DNA of 64,000 nucleotides from the IMG/VR virus record IMGVR_UViG_3300006153_000386, positions 1 through 64,000 of that record. The stretch is one strand, 5' to 3'. Below are positions 49,139-60,717 of the stretch, piece after piece (within the stretch, counting starts at the first letter, position 1; every line of letters starts with the position of its first letter). This DNA is from a virus. Taxonomy: Duplodnaviria; Caudoviricetes. The position numbers were made by a program, and so were the translations under genes. Under the pieces are notes generated by a model. The model did not search any database, was not told the DNA's origin, and was given only the letters and a program-made list of their open reading frames with translations.

Positions 49139-51982
49139 TTATAAAATTGCCTTGGGGGAACTTTTTTTAGAAAATTTAAAACCATACACATCAATTTCTC
49201 CGTTTTTATCCTCGCATAAAAATATATTAACCCTATTATATTGATTCAATATGTCGGTTAAAATGTCATTCTTATAATTAAACAAAATATAAAATAGTAA
49301 GTTTTTAATTGATGAATTATTCTTACTTTCTAAACTTTTCAATAATCGATACATTGTATGTTGGTTGATCTTCATCCGATTAATTTCATATAATAATTCC
49401 ATCCTTGCCCGATTCCTATAGTAACAATGATCTTCGTAAAAAGATGGATTACACGAAACCATTTTTATGTAATTTAAAGTTTCGTTTGTCATATGGATTA
49501 TTTTTGCGACCTGTTTTTTGTTTACTAAGTTCTTATCATAATCTTTTGGTCTAAATATATCTGCCACAGATAAAAAACCACTTCCCATAGATTTTCCAGA
49601 GCGGTTTTGATTAATACAGTTGTGCAGGTAATCCATACTGGTATTATATTTCTGGTAATCTTTTCTATCTACATTCTTGTAATTCTTTGTTTCTGCAATA
49701 AATCCTAGAAAATAGGGAGTACGTTTTCTTCCATCAGATGTGGTCAATAAGTTCTCATATTTCTTTCGCATTCGTTTCAATTCCTTTGTGGTATCTACAG
49801 GATATTCTTTTTTAGCTTTATCTATTTCAATATTGCTCATAACATCCAATTGACAAACATCATAATATATTTCTTTTATCTGGTCATATTGTTCTTCTGC
49901 GGATTGTCCAGATTTAGATACCATATCCCATAATAATGAATTAAGCTCCTGCGACAGATTTACAATTTCGCCAATCTTATTATTACTAGTTTTGTCGTCA
50001 AGATCAGTCAAGTCAGTAGGTGTATAGTGTCTTTTTGATTTTGGAGGATTTATATTACGTGTTGGAACTTTGAAGATATGATAATTCTTTTTGGCGGAAT
50101 CAATCAATATCTTATTATCTGTAATAAGCAAAGTATCGCTGTCAAAATCCGCACCACTTAATCTTTCCAGTATATTTTCTCCAATGCTGTTAATACAAAT
50201 GATATTTGATGTAAGATTGAAATATCTGTCAATTGTTTCACACTCTACATTCTTAGTTATTAGAATATTCCCAATCGTGACATGTGGACTACGACTTCCA
50301 AGAATATCACATCCATAAGGATACCTTGTATTATGTACTGTACCAGATTTAAGAATAGATATTCCGTCAAATTTTCCTATTGATTGTAATAACATTTCAT
50401 ATGGATTACCAAACAGTGTGGCATATGTACCGTTCAGAAGAATATGTCCCTTTTTCATATTCCTTAAATAAGAACGACACAAATCCTTTTTGAAATCATA
50501 ATAAACACGAGTCTTATGAAAATCACAGTTATAATTCAATAACTTATACACAATCTCATTTTTATTCCTCATGATATTATCATCTTCAAATTCTGAATTA
50601 TCTTCTGTATCACTGAATTTCAAGTGGTATCTCATAACATCAACATCAGTATTAATCAAATTGATATAATCCAAACCTTCTTTTACAATATACTTAATAT
50701 CATCCTGCGATAATTGCAAAGTATTTAGAAGCTGGTAATGAGCTTGAACCATACGTCCTCCAAAATAGTGCGTATCCTTGTCATGCTTTACGATTCCGAA
50801 AAACGGGTAAATATTTTCCAACCATGTTTTCAAATCTCCAAATTTATAAAATTTTATACTGGATGGAGTAGTTATAAGTTTTATATCTTTTATATCATTG
50901 GCTATTGTTTCCCCTTTTAACTGTGAAACATTCGTTATATTGTTATCTTCAAAGAACCTTTGAATATTTGTATTGAAACAACATGACTTAAAAAACTTAT
51001 TCCTCAATAACAGCATTCCTTTTGAAAGGTATTTACCCATCAAGGAAAAATCAATCAATGACTGACCATCCCAAATAGAATTAGAAATCTCCATTTCTTT
51101 TTCTTCTGTCTTCAACCATCCGTCTTCAAGATCAGTACACACGGCATTATCATGAAAAATGCTTGTCCAATCATCAACAACAAGTATATTTTCGGGGCGG
51201 ATTTCAAGTGTGTCTATAATGCTGCTTGTTGGCAACGATATATATGCTTCAAATGCGGCAATGTCCAATTCGTCACCTTTTTTTATATCTAAACCACATT
51301 GTTCAGATTTATGCATATCAGGATACAGGCGTTTGTCAACAAAAAGGCATTTACCAACCCTTGCTGATCCGCTAGACCTCTTAAACCTGCAATAATGAAT
51401 GCCGTTGCAGATAAATCCGTTTTCATAACACCATTCTCTCAACCATTTTGCCGACTTTACAGTTTTTATTGTCTTTACCAACAAATATATATATGTCATT
51501 TTCTCTTTATCATAAGTGCACGCAAAATAAGAGGGTAGGAGAGTAGTGTCTACAGAATTGTAAAAGGGTTCATCTGTTTTTAATGCCACCAGAATCTTTT
51601 CACCATTACTATCTATATCTACAGCATATCCATCAGTTAAATCATAATCCCTTAAATTATATCCATTTCTAACATAAGTATTTTTGGCGGTTTTATTAAA
51701 CTCTTTGACTGCATATTTAAAAGTTACGTTTATAACTTTTGATGAATATTTTTTCCCTTTATATTCAAATGACAAAGAATCTTTTTTACCATATACCTTT
51801 GTTGCTACATCTCTCAACTCTATTAAATCCAAACTGTAATCAAAGCTATTAATATATTTCCCTAAATTATCAGTACCATCCTTACGGGTAAGTTTATACC
51901 CATAAGGAGTGCTTTTGATAAAATTATTGGATAAGTACAAATCCTTGGCATCAATTGATGGGATGTATAAATTATTTCTCAT
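49139..51982 (-). CDS. yonO: YonO-like single-subunit (RdRP-like double-psi-barrel) DNA-dependent RNA polymerase
   Basis: RSSGSARVGKCLF, WDGQSL, RSPH and LSGADFDSD catalytic DxDxD. Confidence 0.85.
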   Translation of the reverse strand: MRNNLYIPSIDAKDLYLSNNFIKSTPYGYKLTRKDGTDNLGKYINSFDYSLDLIELRDVATKVYGKKDSLSFEYKGKKYSSKVINVTFKYAVKEFNKTAKNTYVRNGYNLRDYDLTDGYAVDIDSNGEKILVALKTDEPFYNSVDTTLLPSYFACTYDKEKMTYIYLLVKTIKTVKSAKWLREWCYENGFICNGIHYCRFKRSSGSARVGKCLFVDKRLYPDMHKSEQCGLDIKKGDELDIAAFEAYISLPTSSIIDTLEIRPENILVVDDWTSIFHDNAVCTDLEDGWLKTEEKEMEISNSIWDGQSLIDFSLMGKYLSKGMLLLRNKFFKSCCFNTNIQRFFEDNNITNVSQLKGETIANDIKDIKLITTPSSIKFYKFGDLKTWLENIYPFFGIVKHDKDTHYFGGRMVQAHYQLLNTLQLSQDDIKYIVKEGLDYINLINTDVDVMRYHLKFSDTEDNSEFEDDNIMRNKNEIVYKLLNYNCDFHKTRVYYDFKKDLCRSYLRNMKKGHILLNGTYATLFGNPYEMLLQSIGKFDGISILKSGTVHNTRYPYGCDILGSRSPHVTIGNILITKNVECETIDRYFNLTSNIICINSIGENILERLSGADFDSDTLLITDNKILIDSAKKNYHIFKVPTRNINPPKSKRHYTPTDLTDLDDKTSNNKIGEIVNLSQELNSLLWDMVSKSGQSAEEQYDQIKEIYYDVCQLDVMSNIEIDKAKKEYPVDTTKELKRMRKKYENLLTTSDGRKRTPYFLGFIAETKNYKNVDRKDYQKYNTSMDYLHNCINQNRSGKSMGSGFLSVADIFRPKDYDKNLVNKKQVAKIIHMTNETLNYIKMVSCNPSFYEDHCYYRNRARMELLYEINRMKINQHTMYRLLKSLESKNNSSIKNLLFYILFNYKNDILTDILNQYNRVNIFLCEDKNGEIDVYGFKFSKKSSPKAIL

Positions 51983-53838
51983 TACTGACGCACCTCCATT
52001 ACACGATATCCGTATTTCTCCATATTTTTCATTACTATTTTCATTTTGTTTACTAAAGCATTCTGAAATCTTTTGTCAGAAGATAAGTATCCTTCTGATA
52101 AATCAATATGTTCTTTTGTTAGATGCCACTCAGAATGATCAATATATACTTGATCTATTTCCAATCGTAGAACGCCAATACAATTAAAAATTAACGCTGC
52201 TTTCCAAAAACCATTTTTACAATTATTTATCTTAAATACTAAATCAATGACATTATTGTATTTTTCTATAAAGTTATCAATTTTTTGTTTTGCAGATTCT
52301 ATGACATCTAAAAATTTATCTTTATTAAGAGTAAGTTTCTCGCTATAAATCGTGCCATTATAAATTTCCAAATCGAAATATATACCATAATCTTGCTCAT
52401 TATTGTAATTTTTCTTGTACCCAACACGAACTTTAGCATCAATATTATTATAATTTTGTAAATCGGAAATAAGTGTTTGTGCTTCCTCCCCTTTTATATA
52501 ATTCTCTAAAAAGTCTTTCTCAGCTCTATCCTGTAATTCATATTGAATTTCCTGAGATAATAAATCAATATCAAGTTTTTCTATATATTGTCCTTCCAAG
52601 ATTGGTTTAAGTTTATTATTTTCTGTTTGTCTTAAAACAGTATAATAATTATTATTAAATCTGACCTTATATCCCTTATCTTCAAATCTTGACAATTCTT
52701 CTTCATAATTCAGTAGCAGTTTTTTATATTCAACAGTTTTATCAAATATATCTTTCAGTTCTGAAATTTTATTTTTTGGTATTTTTATTTCTTCAAGACT
52801 AAATATATTTCTCTTAAAAATTATCTTAGGATAGCCTGTGGACTTTTCAAAGTTCCAACCATTGTGCTTACATTTTAAATAAAAATCATTATATTTAATA
52901 TGCTCAGTTTGAATATTCAACCTAATGCCAACTTCATATGTCCTCCCTTTATAATGCCTGACATCAAAATAAATATCCTCATCAAACGGAAGATTAATAG
53001 AGTTCCCGATATTATCTATTACCTTTTTATTAATCGTGTCCAATATATATTTCTTTAAATGAGAAACACATTGTTTTCTTTTTATAATCTCATAACATGA
53101 AACCATATCTTCATATGGCATAGCATCAATACATTTTAATATATCTTCTTTCGAACTGTTTTCAATAACCTTTTGCCAGAACCAGTCTAATTTTTTTATC
53201 CTTGCTTTATAATCAAGAACTTTTTGTCTTGTCAGTTCATTCTTTATCTTTGCAATTGTTGTAGCATATAAATCTTTCTTAATATATGTCTTTGAATAAC
53301 AAATACCTTCATGGTACAAATATGTAAACTTTGGGATGACGCTTTCATCAGTTTTGCACATGTATTCTCTTACATTAATTTCTATGACAGCGTTTCCAAG
53401 GTAACTCCATTTACAAAAATAATCATCACCAGTTTTTCTGTTGGAAAAGAAAATCTCGAAATAAATAGTTTCTCCAGAGGATGTGTATACTGTAATATCT
53501 GGTTTATATTTACCAAAAGGCGTATCCCATGGTATTTCAATGTCTATAGAATCGACTTCAAACAAATTGTCATCTATATAAAATTTACTTCCCTTTTCAA
53601 ACAGCCAATTTTTACAAAAAAAATGTAATTGGCTCTCTTTCGTACATTTCCCTGTTACATGATAATAATGCGATTGCTCTTTTGTACTATCTAAAGCTCT
53701 TGGCTTTACAATCCCTCCACAGCACGGACAATAATAATTCATATTTTGCTTTGATTTTTTAACATGAATAAGATTGGCAAATTCATCATTGTCATCATAG
53801 GCAACAATCAGTTGCGGCAAATATTCAAAAACATCCAT
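51982..53838 (-). CDS. CoiA-like zinc-finger + PD-(D/E)xK nuclease domain protein
   Basis: YYCPCC...H...ESQLHFFCK...KPDI...FEI. Confidence 0.65.
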   Translation of the reverse strand: MDVFEYLPQLIVAYDDNDEFANLIHVKKSKQNMNYYCPCCGGIVKPRALDSTKEQSHYYHVTGKCTKESQLHFFCKNWLFEKGSKFYIDDNLFEVDSIDIEIPWDTPFGKYKPDITVYTSSGETIYFEIFFSNRKTGDDYFCKWSYLGNAVIEINVREYMCKTDESVIPKFTYLYHEGICYSKTYIKKDLYATTIAKIKNELTRQKVLDYKARIKKLDWFWQKVIENSSKEDILKCIDAMPYEDMVSCYEIIKRKQCVSHLKKYILDTINKKVIDNIGNSINLPFDEDIYFDVRHYKGRTYEVGIRLNIQTEHIKYNDFYLKCKHNGWNFEKSTGYPKIIFKRNIFSLEEIKIPKNKISELKDIFDKTVEYKKLLLNYEEELSRFEDKGYKVRFNNNYYTVLRQTENNKLKPILEGQYIEKLDIDLLSQEIQYELQDRAEKDFLENYIKGEEAQTLISDLQNYNNIDAKVRVGYKKNYNNEQDYGIYFDLEIYNGTIYSEKLTLNKDKFLDVIESAKQKIDNFIEKYNNVIDLVFKINNCKNGFWKAALIFNCIGVLRLEIDQVYIDHSEWHLTKEHIDLSEGYLSSDKRFQNALVNKMKIVMKNMEKYGYRVMEVRQ

Positions 53839-54027
53839 ATAGATCCTCCTCGTATAATAATAAGTTTTATATTTATTACTTCTCTATCACATCATTAAAA
53901 TTTCTATTTAATCCACCAATTCCAATTTTTCTTATCAATAAACCACTCGCTATTCCACCAACATATATAAATACATTGTGGTAGATTATGTATTATTGGA
54001 ATAATCCATTTTGGTTTCATCATGACT

Positions 54028-54228
54028 TTATTCTCCCATAGTCTTAATATCAAATCCTAGCCACTCTAATAAATCCCTCATACCATGAAAACATTCATAG
54101 TGACGATACTCGCCGTCCAAGTTTTTAATATATTCTTCTCCATCGTAAATTCCATCACCACAAGAAGAACAGTAGTGTAATGTTTTTCTAGGTGTGTAAT
54201 TTGGGCACATGGAATGACAAGGATTCAT
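54028..54228 (-). CDS. Small zinc-finger protein
   Basis: CSSC...HYEC. Confidence 0.6.
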   Translation of the reverse strand: MNPCHSMCPNYTPRKTLHYCSSCGDGIYDGEEYIKNLDGEYRHYECFHGMRDLLEWLGFDIKTMGE

Positions 54229-54245
54229 TTTACATATCTCACAGA

Positions 54246-54680
54246 TTAAGCAACACCTCCCACACCATATTTCTCTATTCTTTCATATACATATCCGCCA
54301 TTTGTTGTGTAGTAAATATCTTTGATGCCTAAATCTTTTATAGCTGCCATGCAGGAAGGGCATGGATGAGACAATCCAAATGGCTGATCCTTGCGAATTC
54401 TATATATGTATAATTTCACTTTTGAAAAGTTAATATCTAAATTTCTGATAGAATTTATACAGTTAATTTCTGCGTGTAGCTTTGGTAACATAGTATCTGA
54501 TGGTTTACGGTATCTATTATATTTCTTCTGTATTGGATGGGTTTTATTACAGTTGCAACCGATGCCAATAATACTACCTTGATAAACAGCTACACATCCA
54601 ATATGAGTCTTATAATAATCAGATATTGTAGCTGTCTGCCTTGCCTTATCAAAATATCTGTAATCACTCTTTGTCAGCAT
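54246..54680 (-). CDS. Cytidine/dCMP deaminase-family protein
   Basis: HAE...PCPSC. Confidence 0.85.
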   Translation of the reverse strand: MLTKSDYRYFDKARQTATISDYYKTHIGCVAVYQGSIIGIGCNCNKTHPIQKKYNRYRKPSDTMLPKLHAEINCINSIRNLDINFSKVKLYIYRIRKDQPFGLSHPCPSCMAAIKDLGIKDIYYTTNGGYVYERIEKYGVGGVA

Positions 54681-55115
54681 TTATCCTGCCAGTCTTTCCT
54701 GTTCAAATAACTCATTACCACGATCAAAACACGCAAGTTCATATTCGTATCTTTCTACAAAGTAATCAAAATATTTTTTGCCGTTTCCCTTATCGGTGAC
54801 AGTGGCACAATGATGTACAATTCGGCAGATATTCTCTATAATGGATTCTCTAGTTCCTGATATGTATTGTGTATCAACCTTCTTAGAAGATAACTTCATC
54901 CGATCCTCCAAATCGGTACGATTTAACCACATAGAAAGAGCATATTTATCTTCATGTTTATCAAAGTGATACGCACATTCAACAATATAGTTCTCATATC
55001 CAAAATCAGATAATTCAATCGTAATTGTGTTGCCTTTAAATTGGGGTTGCATCAGTTCTTTTAAGCTTCTCTTCATTAACATTTTTAAACATCCTCCATA
55101 TTTTAAGTTGTACAT
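54681..55115 (-). CDS. Hypothetical phage protein
   Basis: ORF; RBS GGAGG before 55083. Confidence 0.6.
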   Translation of the reverse strand: MYNLKYGGCLKMLMKRSLKELMQPQFKGNTITIELSDFGYENYIVECAYHFDKHEDKYALSMWLNRTDLEDRMKLSSKKVDTQYISGTRESIIENICRIVHHCATVTDKGNGKKYFDYFVERYEYELACFDRGNELFEQERLAG

Positions 55116-55220
55116 TAGATTTTTTAGTATAAAATTTCACAGTCGATAATTTTATCAATAAGTACATTAGAATTTTCTACGCTAATGTACACCATTTGAT
55201 TTCTGACAAATAACGGTATC

Positions 55221-55598
55221 TCAGTTGTGTTTACTTGCTTGGTATTTCCTCATTCGCTCACCAGCAGCAATTTTCTGTTCTTCAGATAGTTCTCTTTTCT
55301 TTGCTCTGAAACTGATCAGAGTCTTATCTTCAACACGATATGTTTTTCCTCTACCTGTATCTGCGATAAGAGAGTACATATCTGGACTTGTCTTGCATAG
55401 TTTATCTAACTTTGTCATATATGTAGTATCAGAAGTATAGATTGTGGCATAATCTTCATCTCTCATAAAATTGATACATACTTCCTGTTCTGAAATTGTA
55501 ACTGAGTTTGACAGTTTTGGCTCTTCAATAGTTATTTCTTCATTTTCATCAATATTTATGTATCCAGATTTATTTGCCATAATTTTTATTCCTTTCAA
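55221..55598 (-). CDS. Hypothetical phage protein
   Basis: C-terminal RELSEEQKIAAGERM. Confidence 0.6.
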   Translation of the reverse strand: MKGIKIMANKSGYINIDENEEITIEEPKLSNSVTISEQEVCINFMRDEDYATIYTSDTTYMTKLDKLCKTSPDMYSLIADTGRGKTYRVEDKTLISFRAKKRELSEEQKIAAGERMRKYQASKHN

Positions 55599-55788
55599 TA
55601 CCTTCTCGATTTTTCTTCCAAAGTTTTTCTTCTCTTTGCTTATCTGCTTCTATACGACTTGCTATTTGAGATCCGTTTGTATTATCTTTTCCTCTATAAT
55701 CTGTATTGAAATCGGAAGGGTAAATTAGTCCTCCAAATTTTGTGTGATCTACTTCATAAATTCCATATCTGTTAGTTGTTCCTGTCAT
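55570..55788 (-). CDS. Hypothetical phage protein
   Basis: ORF with RBS. Confidence 0.5.
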   Translation of the reverse strand: MTGTTNRYGIYEVDHTKFGGLIYPSDFNTDYRGKDNTNGSQIASRIEADKQREEKLWKKNREGIERNKNYGK

Positions 55789-55902
55789 TAGTTACTGTGA
55801 TTTCTCCTTTTCTGTTTGATAAAATTTTTAATGTAATATGCATGATGATTCTCCTTTTGATTAAAATATTTGTGTTAACATTGTGATATCTACAATATAT
55901 TT

Positions 55903-56709
55903 CTACATTTTCTTTTGTGATTCTTCTAAAATATCAAGCTGTTTTTGAATTTCTATTTTGTAATCATAAGCATAATCTATTATCTGATTTCCATTTTCAT
56001 CTTTTACAAAATGTCTATAATCAGCAAACGCCTTTGGAGTAGTAAGAAATCCATATTTATCATCCTGCTTTTTATATCTGATCCGTTTACCTTCTTGAAA
56101 CTTGATAATATCCATAACATCTAACATTTCTACAATCCGAGATATGTAACGTTCAGATAATCCGATATCCTCTGTAATTTTTTGATACAGTCGGTAACAG
56201 CATAATGGTTTATCTGGATTACGATTCATATTTACACGAAGATAGGAGAGGAGTAATAGGATATAAGAAGATGACATTCTGGTTACATCAATTATTTCTC
56301 CATTTACTTTGATATCTTTTAGTTCTTCTTTGAAATTCAAAATCTTTCCTAATTCGTCAAAGTAGATAATTCCAAAATTATCAGGTATATCAAATTTTTC
56401 TGTGTTGATTTGGATATTGTAATAATCTGTAGAATTTTTCTTCTCTTTTGCTAACTTCTCAAAATCAGGATAAGATTTAAAATAATCATAGTGGGAGAGT
56501 AGTGATAATATTTCCAGATATTTATGATTTATCTTTCCATCATGATAGTTTGGTTTTAGATGTGACCAGTGGCACAGCTCCGAAATACTGAATGCCACTG
56601 TATCATCTAAGGCTCTACGAGAACACAGGTAGGAGAATATGATTACCCGCTTATCACCAAGTTCTTTATTGTAGATTATTTCTCGTGGTATCTTTACATA
56701 GTTAGGCAA
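55903..56709 (-). CDS. Winged-helix replication-initiator-like protein
   Basis: YVKIPREII...; YQKITEDIGLSERYISR HTH. Confidence 0.55.
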   Translation of the reverse strand: MPNYVKIPREIIYNKELGDKRVIIFSYLCSRRALDDTVAFSISELCHWSHLKPNYHDGKINHKYLEILSLLSHYDYFKSYPDFEKLAKEKKNSTDYYNIQINTEKFDIPDNFGIIYFDELGKILNFKEELKDIKVNGEIIDVTRMSSSYILLLLSYLRVNMNRNPDKPLCCYRLYQKITEDIGLSERYISRIVEMLDVMDIIKFQEGKRIRYKKQDDKYGFLTTPKAFADYRHFVKDENGNQIIDYAYDYKIEIQKQLDILEESQKKM

Positions 56710-56721
56710 GTTATCACCTGC

Positions 56722-56910
56722 CTATGCTACAAACAATTCACAAGCGATCTTTAACAATATATCTCCATCACCAGCTTCTTTAACTAAATACATAATTCTA
56801 CTTGGCTTATCATATTTATAATTAGGATGTTCCTGTAAAAACTTTTCAGTCCATAAATCATATTTTTTTAGCCAATCTTTGTGGTCATCTTCATATCGCT
56901 TATAAATCAT
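56722..56910 (-). CDS. Hypothetical protein
   Basis: ORF with RBS. Confidence 0.45.
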   Translation of the reverse strand: MIYKRYEDDHKDWLKKYDLWTEKFLQEHPNYKYDKPSRIMYLVKEAGDGDILLKIACELFVA

Positions 56911-57018
56911 TCTCCACTTATTTTTGTCATACTTATCACCAACTCCACAAATTTGACCAATTTCTTTTTGAAAGTTTTTAATTTCAACTTCAGATAAATG
57001 CTGTTTTGATTCATTAAA

Positions 57019-57894
57019 CTATTTTTCCTTTCTTTCATATCTGTAATTTCCGCTTTTAGATGGATAAAATTCGTCCACTTTATATAATTCCAACATTTTA
57101 CTTAAAGCCCATTCTATTTCCTGTTGATATCCCTCCTTATTCAATACATATATATTTGGTACATTTTTTGGTGGTTTTGATTTGTCTGGTTGTACACTAC
57201 CTACTTCTCTTTTTATTAGGAGAGCAGGTGTGCTATCAAATGATTTAGTTAAATATTCTATACATTGATTAATAGTATCTTTTGACATAGATAATTCTTC
57301 AGCCATATGTTTAATACTTCTATAAAATGCTTCTGGATTATCTTTGGCATTTTCATATTCGGATCCATCATTTTGTCTAAGACGACAGCCTATGTATGAA
57401 TTAATGTAAAGAAAAGCTACAAGTATATTTTCTCTATTCAAAGAGCTATCAGCCATCATAATTGTGTCAAACTGAGAAGATGTAAGTTTTGCAAATTTTT
57501 CTGTTGAATCAAAATTTTTTGGGATAATTTTTATCTCAATACCAGTATCATAAGATAATGAATCTAAATCTTGTTTTACTTCAATCATTTGATTATTTAT
57601 CATATATTCCAAGACATCTAATATTTCTTTAAATGCTTTTGGCTTATTTCTGTGTGTTTTATATCCATAAAAATCCAATACTTTACGGATGGTAATCCAA
57701 CTGTAATCCTCATATGAGCGATATTTGTCAATGAGAATATAAGTGATATAAAATTTTCTGCTTACTCCAAATTTTGTTTTAATATTTCCTTGAATATATT
57801 CATTAGGAAATCTTGTAAAATATTCTTTCTTTGTTTTGTTATTGATAATGTATTCTCCTTTCTGCGAGAGTTCAGTAAACGTGAAAAAATGCAC
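57019..57894 (-). CDS. Winged-helix replication-initiator-like protein, similar in architecture to 55903-56709
   Basis: FTRFPNEYI...; SIKHMAEELSMSKDTINQCI HTH; NIY motif. Confidence 0.55.
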   Translation of the reverse strand: MHFFTFTELSQKGEYIINNKTKKEYFTRFPNEYIQGNIKTKFGVSRKFYITYILIDKYRSYEDYSWITIRKVLDFYGYKTHRNKPKAFKEILDVLEYMINNQMIEVKQDLDSLSYDTGIEIKIIPKNFDSTEKFAKLTSSQFDTIMMADSSLNRENILVAFLYINSYIGCRLRQNDGSEYENAKDNPEAFYRSIKHMAEELSMSKDTINQCIEYLTKSFDSTPALLIKREVGSVQPDKSKPPKNVPNIYVLNKEGYQQEIEWALSKMLELYKVDEFYPSKSGNYRYERKEK

Positions 57895-58162
57895 ATAATT
57901 TTTTTTAAAGTCTTATTTTCCATGTGCAAAAATACACATAAACTGAACAGAATTAAAATATAACCTTATTAATAAAGACAGACATATTCGTGATTGTTTG
58001 CCTAACGCAAAAATCACTCTCTTAAAAACTTTTTGATTGTTGATGGTTAATGCTATAAGTGTAGAACTGATATAAAATATATTTCTCTTTCTGAAATCAC
58101 TGTTTATAGTGAAATCTATTAGTAGTAAAATAATTCTTAAAAATGTAAGGTGGTTATATATC

Positions 58163-58705
58163 ATGGAATTATCTACTTCTGACTTGATTCAATTAATTGG
58201 TATTATGGTTGCAATTATTACTGGAATAACTTCAATTGCTATTTCTATAATTACTTTGCGACAAAATTCAAAAATGGTTAAAGAAAGCAATAAGGCTCAA
58301 ATTGAAATATTTCCTTATAAAGTGTATGGTGATATATATCCTAAAATCCGTATTCAAAACTTTGGTCAAACAACAGGAATTATAATTAATGTAAAAACTA
58401 TTCCTGAAATGCCAGTAGAGCAAATGGTTATTAATCCATTTGATTTTTATAAGGATTTATCGCTTGCTCCAAACCAATCTTTTACCACAACATTCTGTAA
58501 AAAGGATTCAAATGATCCAGATGTTCCTGTTGAAGTATTTGACGTAATACTTACATATAAAACCTTAGATAATATTGTAAAATCTACATTTCATATAAAT
58601 TACAATTTCTTAAATGGTTACACAGAAACTAAATCATCATCCAAGACAACAGAAAGTGCACTTGATAAAATCAATCAAAGTATTCAAGGACTTCAGCAAA
58701 AATAG
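58163..58705 (+). CDS. Membrane-anchored moron protein, possible superinfection exclusion
   Basis: N-terminal TM then beta-rich domain; opposite strand. Confidence 0.55.
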   Translation: MELSTSDLIQLIGIMVAIITGITSIAISIITLRQNSKMVKESNKAQIEIFPYKVYGDIYPKIRIQNFGQTTGIIINVKTIPEMPVEQMVINPFDFYKDLSLAPNQSFTTTFCKKDSNDPDVPVEVFDVILTYKTLDNIVKSTFHINYNFLNGYTETKSSSKTTESALDKINQSIQGLQQK

Positions 58706-58859
58706 CTGTTAAATCCTTTTTAATTTCTGCTTTGTCAGCTTTAAAGGCATCTATATCTATGGTTACACTGATTCCATGAGATATTGTTTCACCTTTACCA
58801 TTTTTGATGGTTGGTTTTTCAAATGAAAATTTCTGAGGTATGATATTCAATTTTGTCAT
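58671..58859 (-). CDS. Hypothetical protein
   Basis: RBS AAGGAG. Confidence 0.5.
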   Translation of the reverse strand: MTKLNIIPQKFSFEKPTIKNGKGETISHGISVTIDIDAFKADKAEIKKDLTAIFAEVLEYFD

Positions 58860-60219
58860 AATATATTTATCTCCTTCATTCTTAATTTGGTATTGATATG
58901 TGTTCTTCTTATTACTTCTACATTCCGATGTGAAATAACTTATAAGTTTTCAAGTTATATTTGTTGGTAGTAGGGTAGTAGATATCTGATAAATCCTAAA
59001 TAATGTAAAATATACCCCATTATCTAAATACTGTTTGAGGAAAATGATTTTTTATATTGGGATGGATATTTACTATTTCTCCATTTAATTGCTTTTTACA
59101 TAAAAATAAGACAGATGAGAAATCGTCTGTCTTAGTAGAAAATAATATTTTGCATCGTAATCATCAGATTGTGAGTATGTAGGATTCTGAAAATCATATA
59201 ATTTGATTTTTGCATTTGTATGGCTTCTTGATCTGAATTGGCAAATACACATATCCAATCCCATTTTTTTTCAGTTCTGTGGTCAATTTGTATCTGGTAT
59301 TTGTTCATTAATATAACCTCCGTTTGTGTTTGTGTGAATCAATTGGTACAAGAATATATTCTCTTTCTGGTTGGAAATATTATTGAAAAATGAGGTGATG
59401 TGTATGAGATTAATTTATGAGTTCGGTGGGAGAGTAGTTTTGATGGAACAATAGAATGTAAAAGTATTGATTTTACAGGATATTTTAAGATTTTGATGAA
59501 TGATTTTTAAGTGTGATTTTGTATATGATTTCTTTTCTTGAGTGCAATTTTAGAGTAAGTTCGGAATAATGCTTATTTTTCAAGGGTTTTGGAAGATTTT
59601 TGTATTGAATTTTGTGGTTTGGGGAGTAGATTTGAATTGTCAGAAAATTTATTTTGTATTGATTTATAAGAATTTTGAGAAATGACACCGAATAGTATTC
59701 CGAATTGTTTTTGTGAATTGTTTATGTTTCGGACACAATTTTTAGGGGTGATGTATGGTTGGAATAGATAGGTGGTTTCTGGAGGAAAATAATCTTTTTT
59801 AAAATGTAAACCTACCCCTTATACATATAATCCGTTAATAAAACCGCTTATTTCCTGTATTTTTCAGTTGCAGTTTTTGGTGATTCATAACTTTTTTGTT
59901 TGCTCTAATTTGACTATTTCTATAACTTAATACAAACGTATGTATTATATTAATCTGTATAAATTAATATGATTAAACATCAATACTGTATTATTCGAAT
60001 AATACAATTTGTTCGGTACAAATATCAAGTTTGTTTACTATAACTAAACAATTAGTTTGTATATTCTATACAAATCATACCTGAAAAATAAAAATGAAAT
60101 CACCAATACTATACTTTTTGTTTAATAAAACTAAACAACATTTATTCTCATATTTCTATCAATCAATGCTCACACATATTCGTTGAAACTCTTATATCCT
60201 TTTCCGGTGAACCATTTTT

Positions 60220-60423
60220 CTATTGATTCTCTTTTATATATCCATCTCTTTCCAACTTTTCCACAATAGCGGTAGTAGTCCATCTATTCCGGTTCATTAC
60301 ACTATCAACCATAGCTTTTTCAACAACCTCATAAATTGACTTCTGATATTTTACAGTGTATGCAACCATGTTTTCTTTATCGTATTTATCATTAGCTTTT
60401 CTTTTCGCTTCATTGTAAGCCAT
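60220..60423 (-). CDS. Ribbon-helix-helix/CopG-like protein
   Basis: KRKANDKYDKEN...SVMNRNRW pattern; RBS GGAGG. Confidence 0.6.
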   Translation of the reverse strand: MAYNEAKRKANDKYDKENMVAYTVKYQKSIYEVVEKAMVDSVMNRNRWTTTAIVEKLERDGYIKENQ

Positions 60424-60717
60424 CTATAAAAATACCTCCACAAGCCCATATTTTCGATTTTAAGGCACGTTATACGTGTTTATATATAAATGTATCATAC
60501 AACAATTTTTCTGTCAATCTGGGCAAAATACAACACTATTTTACCATGATTCATATTGTGCAATATGTATAAAAAACAACATTAAAATTTATGCAAAAAT
60601 AAAGTTAAAATACACGTATTCCGTGAAAAAATAGGTGCTTGCATTAGATTACATTTTGAAGATGGTAAAACAGCTACGTTTTCTAAAAAGTCAAAATTAG
60701 ATTATGAAGTATTATAA

